In this document: piece by piece, positions 58,509-64,000 of the stretch
How the letters are laid out: each line of letters starts with the position of its first letter
Position numbering within the stretch: the first letter of the stretch is position 1
Assembly: GCA_019113675.1 (NCBI GenBank)
Contig: DXHA01000006.1
Span: forward strand, 1,459 to 65,458
Origin: Candidatus Yaniella excrementigallinarum
GTDB lineage: Bacteria; Actinomycetota; Actinomycetes; Actinomycetales; Micrococcaceae
Length of the DNA stretch: 64,000 nucleotides
Direction of reading: 5' to 3'
Notes under the pieces: generated by a model
The model's input: the letters and a program-made list of their open reading frames with translations, nothing else
The model's database searches: none
Told to the model about the DNA's origin: nothing
Translations under genes and position numbers: made by a program

Positions 58509-59257
58509 GATAGACCTCCTGGTTTGACGAGGATCTCCAGTAGCCGTCCGACCCATTCGATACCCAGGGCGAGTACGGCAACTAATAGCGCACCGGAGAC
58601 CAGGATGGAGTAGCGGAACATGATGATACCGGTTTGGATCAGCAGTCCTAGCCCACCAGCATCAATGAAAGTCGCAAAAGCACCGGCGCCGACCAATAGC
58701 ACCAGTGCAGTGCGTACACCGGTCATAATCACCGGTATGGCCAGCGGTAGTTCAACGCGGAATAAGACCTGTCTGCCCGACATGCCCATGCCGCGGGCTG
58801 CTTCGATAAGCGATCGATCCACCCCGCGCAGCCCAGCAATGGTGTTGGCTAGCACGGGCAGAAAAGCGTAAATGGTCAGCGAGAGAATGGCCACCCAGAA
58901 ACCGAAGCCGATGGCCAGGGCTAATAGCACAATGACACCGATGACGGGTGCGGCTTGGCCGGCATTGGCGATGCTCAGTACCACCGGCGTCAAAAATCCT
59001 GTGCCACGGCGGGTCAATAGGATGCCGGCCGGGATGGCGGTAGCCACCACGATCAACGCCCCTACGACCACGATCAGTAGGTGTTGCCACGTGAGGGTGC
59101 CGATATTGGACCAGGTCAGCAGTCGGGCTTCAATGTCGTCAAGCGATGCTACTTCACGCCAGATGATCCAGCCGATCAGCAACAGGATGGTGAACACCGG
59201 CAAGCCGACCAACAGTAGTCGATCTTCTCTTGATGCACCTGCCAGACGCTGCATCAT
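58505..59257 (-). CDS. Osmoprotectant ABC transporter permease
   Basis: 250 aa. BPD-transporter fold with an EAA-like loop (EAARGMGMSGRQVLFRVELPLA). Confidence 0.8.
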   Translation of the reverse strand: MMQRLAGASREDRLLLVGLPVFTILLLIGWIIWREVASLDDIEARLLTWSNIGTLTWQHLLIVVVGALIVVATAIPAGILLTRRGTGFLTPVVLSIANAGQAAPVIGVIVLLALAIGFGFWVAILSLTIYAFLPVLANTIAGLRGVDRSLIEAARGMGMSGRQVLFRVELPLAIPVIMTGVRTALVLLVGAGAFATFIDAGGLGLLIQTGIIMFRYSILVSGALLVAVLALGIEWVGRLLEILVKPGGLS

Positions 59258-60393
59258 GCCGTTTCCTCCTGTATGGTACGCAGATGTTCGGTGACGGCGT
59301 CATAGGAGATCACACCCACATAGCGGCCGCGTCGAGTCACCATTGCCCCACCGTGACTGGAGGACAACATGGAATCCAGGGCATCGGTCAGTGTGGAGCG
59401 TTGCTCAATGACCGTTTGCAATTCGACATCTGGCATCGGTACGGTTTGGTGGCCGTGCAAACTGCGCAAAAACAACCACTCGCGGGGTCGGTCTTTGGCA
59501 TCCAAAATGATCACCGAGTTTTGCCCGGCGTCTTGGACCCGCTTAGTAACCTCTGCGACGTCTTCACCAACCCGACAGGTAACCGGTTGGGACAGTTCCA
59601 GATCGCTGACCCGCAGTAGGGAAAGTTGTTTGAGCCTGGATCCTGCTCCGATAAAGTCTGCCACAAAATCGTTAGCCGGAGCGGCAAGAATATTTTCGGG
59701 TGTATCGTACTGGGCGATGTGGCCACCTTCTTGCAAGATCAGCACCCGGTCGCCCAGTTTGATGGCTTCATCGATGTCGTGGGTAACAAACACGATGGTT
59801 TTGTGCAGGTCTTCTTGAATCCCAAGCAGCTCATCTTGCAGCCGCTGACGAGTGATGGGGTCTACTGCACCAAAGGGCTCATCCATCAGCACTACCGGTG
59901 GGTCAGCGGCCAGGCCGCGGGCCACACCCACGCGTTGTTGTTGCCCACCAGATAGTTCCCGCGGGTACCGGTCGCGGTACTCTTCGGGATCCAGCCCGGT
60001 CATCTCCAGCAGCTCATCCACACGTTGGCGGGTGCGATCTTTTTCCCAGTGCAATAACCCCGGAACCAGGGCGATGTTATCGGCCACGGTCATATGCGGC
60101 ATCAGTCCCCCACCCTGAATAACGTAGCCGATGCTGCGACGCAGCTTCGTGGGGTCTTTGGTGATGGCGTCTTCGCCGTCGATCAGAATTTTGCCCGAGG
60201 TGGGTTCGATGAGTCGGTTGATCATTTTTACCGTAGTAGTTTTGCCGCAGCCTGAAGGCCCGACAAACATCACGATCTCACCGGCAGGGATGGTCAAGTT
60301 CATGCCGCGCACGGCGGGTTGGGCTTGGCCCGGATATTTTTTGACCACATCCACCAGCTCAATCTGGGCACCGGTATTTTCGTACTGGCTCAT
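59254..60393 (-). CDS. Osmoprotectant ABC transporter ATP-binding protein with tandem CBS domains (OpuCA/OpuAA-like)
   Basis: The ATG at 60393 forms an ATGA overlap. It has GPSGCGKTT, LSGGQQQRV and LMDEPFGAVD, with a C-terminal CBS pair. The Arg-rich extension of the listed ORF is rejected. Confidence 0.85.
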   Translation of the reverse strand: MSQYENTGAQIELVDVVKKYPGQAQPAVRGMNLTIPAGEIVMFVGPSGCGKTTTVKMINRLIEPTSGKILIDGEDAITKDPTKLRRSIGYVIQGGGLMPHMTVADNIALVPGLLHWEKDRTRQRVDELLEMTGLDPEEYRDRYPRELSGGQQQRVGVARGLAADPPVVLMDEPFGAVDPITRQRLQDELLGIQEDLHKTIVFVTHDIDEAIKLGDRVLILQEGGHIAQYDTPENILAAPANDFVADFIGAGSRLKQLSLLRVSDLELSQPVTCRVGEDVAEVTKRVQDAGQNSVIILDAKDRPREWLFLRSLHGHQTVPMPDVELQTVIEQRSTLTDALDSMLSSSHGGAMVTRRGRYVGVISYDAVTEHLRTIQEETA

Positions 60394-61031
60394 GCACGGA
60401 TTCCCTTCGATGTTGTGATGCGAGCAATTACCGCCAGGACGGCGTCGACCAGGATGGCCAGAATAATAATGCCGATGGTGCCCACTAGCGCATAGTTCAT
60501 CGCGTTTGCGCCACCAACTTGGGCCAGCCCGGTAAAAATATAACCGCCTAGGCCGGGCCCGAGAACATATGCGGCAATGGCGGCCACGCCCATGGACATT
60601 TGGGTGGCGACCCGAATGCCGGTGATAATAACCGGCCATGCAAGTGGCATCCGTACCCGCCAGAAGATGCCGGAAGTTTGCATTCCTTGGCCCTTAGCTG
60701 CTTCTAATACGGTGGGGTCAATCTCCTGGAGGCCCACCACTGTATTGCGCAGAATCGGTAACACCGCATAAAACACGACAACGATGACGGCGGGCACCGT
60801 ACCGATACCGACCAGCGGGATGACCAACCCGATGAGCGCAAATGATGGGATCGTTAGTCCAACCGCTGAGATGGCGTTGGCCACCGGAGCAAGTGCGCGA
60901 TATCGGGTAACGACGACCGCTAACAGAATGGCGATGACCGTAGCCAGGATAACGGACTGTAGCACCAGTGAGGTGTGCTGGTAGGACCGAAAGAGTATGT
61001 CCTCCCAACGTGAGCTGATGAACTCGATCAC
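60390..61031 (-). CDS. Osmoprotectant ABC transporter permease
   Basis: 213 aa with an EAA-like loop (EAAKGQGMQTSGIFWRVRMPLA). GTG start with GGAGG 7 nt upstream. Confidence 0.8.
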   Translation of the reverse strand: MIEFISSRWEDILFRSYQHTSLVLQSVILATVIAILLAVVVTRYRALAPVANAISAVGLTIPSFALIGLVIPLVGIGTVPAVIVVVFYAVLPILRNTVVGLQEIDPTVLEAAKGQGMQTSGIFWRVRMPLAWPVIITGIRVATQMSMGVAAIAAYVLGPGLGGYIFTGLAQVGGANAMNYALVGTIGIIILAILVDAVLAVIARITTSKGIRA

Positions 61032-61117
61032 GAAGGTGCCTCCATTTCCATTTTCCTTTTATCAAGCTTCTCGTAAATGTACGATCAAGGTCTATATTAG
61101 ATCCACTTATCGCCGCA

Positions 61118-61909
61118 TTAGCGCGGTTTACGTTGTGACACGACGTCCACGAGCATCCGCACGATCACCAGTGCCAAGAAAACAGAGAAGACAATATTGG
61201 CTGTTTTGGGTGGTAGCGCCTGAGCGATCCACACGCCTGCAGGGGTCACCACGGCTGCGCTAATTCCGATAACCAGCGATGCCGGTGGGTCAACATTTTT
61301 GCGCACCACATTGGAGATGGTGCCCGATAGACCGGTGGCAATAACCATCAGCAGCGAAGCGCCTTTGGCAACCAGGTCGCTTGCCCCAAATAGGATAACG
61401 GTTAGCGGTACAACAATGACGCCGCCGCCGATACCCAGCAGCCCGGACATGACCCCGGCAAATAAGCCCAACAGGATAATCTGAGCGCCGGTGAGCCAAT
61501 CGATGTCGATGGCGGTGCCACGGCTGGGGATCACCAAGAATAGTGAGACAATTACCAACACTAAAAAGCCGATAAAGCCGATCTGTACCGTGCGTTTGGG
61601 CAGGATGGATAACAGCCAAGAACCAATCGGGGCACCTATCATGGAGCCTGCAGCAAGCAGTATCGCCAACAGTAAGCTCAGATTACCGTCTACGGCATAA
61701 CTGACGACCCCCACAATGGAGGGCAAGATAACGGCCAGCAGAGAAGTACCGGCTGCTATTTTGGTGTCGAATTTGAATAGGTAAATCAGCGCGGGGACGA
61801 TGATAATACCACCGCCAACGCCAAAGAGCCCTGAACTTAGGCCAACGGCTATACCTAAAATGGCCAGTCCCAACCAGTTACGCTTTTTGGCTGCGGTCGT
61901 CAATCTCAC
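61118..61909 (-). CDS. TauE/SafE (TSUP) family anion exporter/permease, copy 2
   Basis: 263 aa. It shows the internal duplication with GLFGVGGGIIIVP and GLLGIGGGVIVVP motifs typical of TSUP proteins. Confidence 0.75.
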   Translation of the reverse strand: MRLTTAAKKRNWLGLAILGIAVGLSSGLFGVGGGIIIVPALIYLFKFDTKIAAGTSLLAVILPSIVGVVSYAVDGNLSLLLAILLAAGSMIGAPIGSWLLSILPKRTVQIGFIGFLVLVIVSLFLVIPSRGTAIDIDWLTGAQIILLGLFAGVMSGLLGIGGGVIVVPLTVILFGASDLVAKGASLLMVIATGLSGTISNVVRKNVDPPASLVIGISAAVVTPAGVWIAQALPPKTANIVFSVFLALVIVRMLVDVVSQRKPR

Positions 61910-61973
61910 TCCGATCAGTAGCGACTTGATGCGGCAGAAATTGCCGGCTGCCGCTTATCGTAGCGCACGGGTG

Positions 61974-62507
61974 TTAGAGCATTTTGAGAATTTCTTCGGT
62001 CAGCGTCCGCCGTTGTGCCCTGGTTAGAGGTTGTTCATGTACGTAGTCGTGTAACCACAGTCCATCGGCCAGCAGTTGTACTAAATAGTGGGCGCGCAGT
62101 GTTTCGTCATCCTCAATACCTGCGGCACCAGGCGCCCAGCGTTCATCAACCTGCCGCCAAATCTCGGCGAAGTCCGGATTGCTGCGAGCATCAATTTCTA
62201 AAAGTAATTCGGTTTTAGTAGCGCTGTTAGCCAGCGAGAGCACCATGGCTTGTAATCGTGTTTTAGTGTCGACCGCGTCAGCCGGCCCTCCAGCATTGCG
62301 TTCGAGTTCGTGCTCCCACTGGTCGGCAAGATGTTGATGGATGCCACGCATAATCTCATGCCGGGATGGAAAATGGTAGATAATACCGGATTTGGACATA
62401 TTTGAGGCCTCAGCCAGTGCCTCATAAGATACGGCTTCTAGCCCACCGGTTTCGATCAGTGTCACGGCGGCGTCAAGGATTTGAGTTTTTTTACTGGGAC
62501 GCAACAA
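61974..62507 (-). CDS. TetR family transcriptional regulator
   Basis: The HTH is present (ILDAAVTLIETGGLEAVSYEALAEASNMSKSGIIYHFPS). 177 aa. TTG start overlapping the 3' end of the upstream MFS gene. Confidence 0.85.
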   Translation of the reverse strand: MLRPSKKTQILDAAVTLIETGGLEAVSYEALAEASNMSKSGIIYHFPSRHEIMRGIHQHLADQWEHELERNAGGPADAVDTKTRLQAMVLSLANSATKTELLLEIDARSNPDFAEIWRQVDERWAPGAAGIEDDETLRAHYLVQLLADGLWLHDYVHEQPLTRAQRRTLTEEILKML

Positions 62508-63972
62508 GATCAGCTTCTTTCGGATTGCCTCGGAAACAATATGCGGTAACTATGGCACCGATGACGGCAACGACACCCACGATGGCCAAGATTATTAGGT
62601 AGGCGCTATCGTAGGCGGCCACGGCGGCGGGCCCATAAACTGGGTGATCAACTCCGTGATCGACGTCGCCGGAGACTTCAGTCGGGGCCGATAATGCGTA
62701 GAAGAACGGCAATAATGAGCCGAAGATGGCGACCGAAATCAGCGTGCCGAATTCGTAGGACACCGATTCTACCGATGAGGCCATACCGGCTTTATCTACC
62801 GGGGCCGCACCCAAAATGGCCGTTGACGCCACCGAGGTTGCCAGGCCACTGCCCAGTCCCACCAACAATAGGCTGGCGATAAACGGCCACAGGGAGTCCA
62901 TCCCAAAGGTCCACAACGATAATCCGATGCCAACAGCTACGAGGCTAAACCCACCGGTGGTCAGTGGAATGAAACCGACTTTATGCAGTATCGAACCGCC
63001 CAGCAGTGCTGCGGGGACGGCCAACACTGCCACCGAAGCCACCAGGGCGCCAGCTTGTAGGGCGCTAAAATCGGCGGCGGTTTGGAAACGCTGGGTGGTC
63101 ATCAGTTCCACTCCGGCAACATTGAACATCATCAAACCGGCCGTTATGGTGCCACCGGTAAACATCCGGTTGCGGAAGATCGCGGTATCTAACAGGGGCT
63201 CATCGAGCTTGCGCTGCCGGAAGATAAATAACAACAGCCCGATAATACCGATGACGACGGCTGTGGAGAACACCCACATGTTGCGGTGTGAGTTGGCCAG
63301 CTCTTTGATGGCCATGACCCCACCGAGCATAGTGAACATGGCCCAGATCGAGGAGGTTAGATCCCACTGTTTGGCCGGATTAGCAATATTGGGTGGTGCC
63401 ACGGCAATGATGGCGAAGACTGTCACGATCACAATGGGCACGTTGATAAGAAAGACTGAACCCCACCAAAAGAATTCTAAGAGCAAACCACCCATGATGG
63501 GCCCGGCTGCGGCTCCTGCAATGGCGGTGGACATCCATACCGCAATGGCCACGTTGCGTTCACGAGCATCTATGAAGGTAATGCGCACCAACGCCAGACT
63601 GGCGGGCATCATAGTTGCCGCGCCAACACCCAATAGTCCGCGGGCGGCTACTAAGAACCAGGCCGTGGGAGAAAATGCAGCGATCAAGGAGCCGGTACCA
63701 AAAATCATGACACCGATCATGAACATTAGCCGGTGCCCAATTTTGTCCCCCAGTGTGCCGGTACCTAGCAGAAGACCGGACAAGACCAACGGGTAAGCGT
63801 TGATAATCCATAGGCCCTGCAGTGGTGTGGTGTGTAACTGGTCGCGTAATTCGGGTAGGGCGGTATAGAGGATGGAGTTATCGGCTCCAACCAAAAATAA
63901 TGCGGCACTGATGATGGCTAAGAATATCCACCGCTGCCGGGCGGTGGATACCTGCCGTGGTAATGGATTCAC
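62491..63972 (-). CDS. MFS transporter, DHA2 (14-TMS) drug:H+ antiporter family
   Basis: 493 aa with 14 hydrophobic segments. It has the DNSILYTALP motif and the GDKIGHR motif. GTG start. Confidence 0.85.
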   Translation of the reverse strand: MNPLPRQVSTARQRWIFLAIISAALFLVGADNSILYTALPELRDQLHTTPLQGLWIINAYPLVLSGLLLGTGTLGDKIGHRLMFMIGVMIFGTGSLIAAFSPTAWFLVAARGLLGVGAATMMPASLALVRITFIDARERNVAIAVWMSTAIAGAAAGPIMGGLLLEFFWWGSVFLINVPIVIVTVFAIIAVAPPNIANPAKQWDLTSSIWAMFTMLGGVMAIKELANSHRNMWVFSTAVVIGIIGLLLFIFRQRKLDEPLLDTAIFRNRMFTGGTITAGLMMFNVAGVELMTTQRFQTAADFSALQAGALVASVAVLAVPAALLGGSILHKVGFIPLTTGGFSLVAVGIGLSLWTFGMDSLWPFIASLLLVGLGSGLATSVASTAILGAAPVDKAGMASSVESVSYEFGTLISVAIFGSLLPFFYALSAPTEVSGDVDHGVDHPVYGPAAVAAYDSAYLIILAIVGVVAVIGAIVTAYCFRGNPKEADLVASQ

Positions 63973-64000
63973 CCCAGTAACTATACCAAACGTTCGGTAC

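Noticed and set aside
62816-63796. Long antisense ORFs opposite real genes. Examples: 62816..63796 (326 aa), 34059..34787 (242 aa), 41829..42527 (232 aa), 30971..31642 (223 aa), 16061..16699 (212 aa), 45370..45999 (209 aa) and 25115..25738 (207 aa).
   Set aside because: Their translations are Arg/Pro/Ser/Ala/Thr-rich with no recognisable motifs. Each lies fully inside a well-supported gene on the other strand. This is the expected by-product of GC-rich codon bias, not overlapping coding.
1-64000. CRISPR arrays, IS elements/transposases, integrases, prophage genes, toxin-antitoxin pairs and restriction-modification genes.
   Set aside because: I saw no regularly spaced direct repeats and no DDE, tyrosine-recombinase or serine-recombinase signatures. 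I also saw no small paired ORFs with TA hallmarks and no methyltransferase motifs in any convincing ORF.

Overview
This is a densely coding 64-kb chromosomal segment. Moderately high GC, frequent GTG/TTG starts, many ATGA/GTGA/TAATG stop-start overlaps and a DUF222-HNH gene suggest an actinobacterium (Corynebacteriales or Micrococcales); that assignment is inference. I call about 57 protein-coding genes, almost all metabolic, transport or regulatory. I found no rRNA, tRNA, CRISPR array, transposase, integrase or phage genes.

Gene blocks in order:
- tctCBA tricarboxylate transporter
- ABC-F ATPase convergent with a beta-lactamase-fold serine hydrolase
- a catabolic region (6.4-22.8 kb) with three paralogous KstD/fumarate-reductase-type flavoproteins, two IclR regulators, a Zn-ADH, a YciI protein, a LysR + MFS + shikimate/quinate dehydrogenase module, an SDR, a patatin-like lipase, and an AKR / TIM-barrel isomerase / Gfo-Idh-MocA operon
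- a short (class II) UvrA paralog
- a purine-oxidation cluster: NCS2 permease, xdhA-xdhB-xdhC, guanine deaminase
- a TetR-DHA2 efflux pair whose TetR carries an in-frame stop, next to a frameshifted SDR pseudogene
- an orphan ectoine hydroxylase (ectD)
- a protoglobin + aldehyde dehydrogenase operon
- a TspO-like protein, then an ABC / ABC-2 / histidine kinase / NarL-type regulator module
- a cytochrome b-molybdopterin oxidoreductase fusion followed by a 74-aa ORF
- a DUF222-HNH endonuclease preceded by an AT-rich spacer holding two perfect inverted DnaA-box 9-mers
- a YtrA-GntR + ABC module, and an ArsR + CDF metal pair
- an amidohydrolase divergent from a GcvT-like aminomethyltransferase
- an OpuC-type osmoprotectant ABC operon ending in an asparagine-synthetase-like gene that lacks the catalytic Cys
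- a second TauE/SafE exporter and a second TetR-DHA2 pair

I see no canonical defence, toxin-antitoxin or mobile system. The best candidates for new biology are the protoglobin-ALDH operon, the Cys-less AsnB-like enzyme coupled to the opu operon, the cytochrome b-Moco fusion with its small partner ORF, the inactivated TetR repressor, and the DnaA-box palindrome beside the HNH gene. All functional calls come from motif and family recognition by eye. No searches were run.
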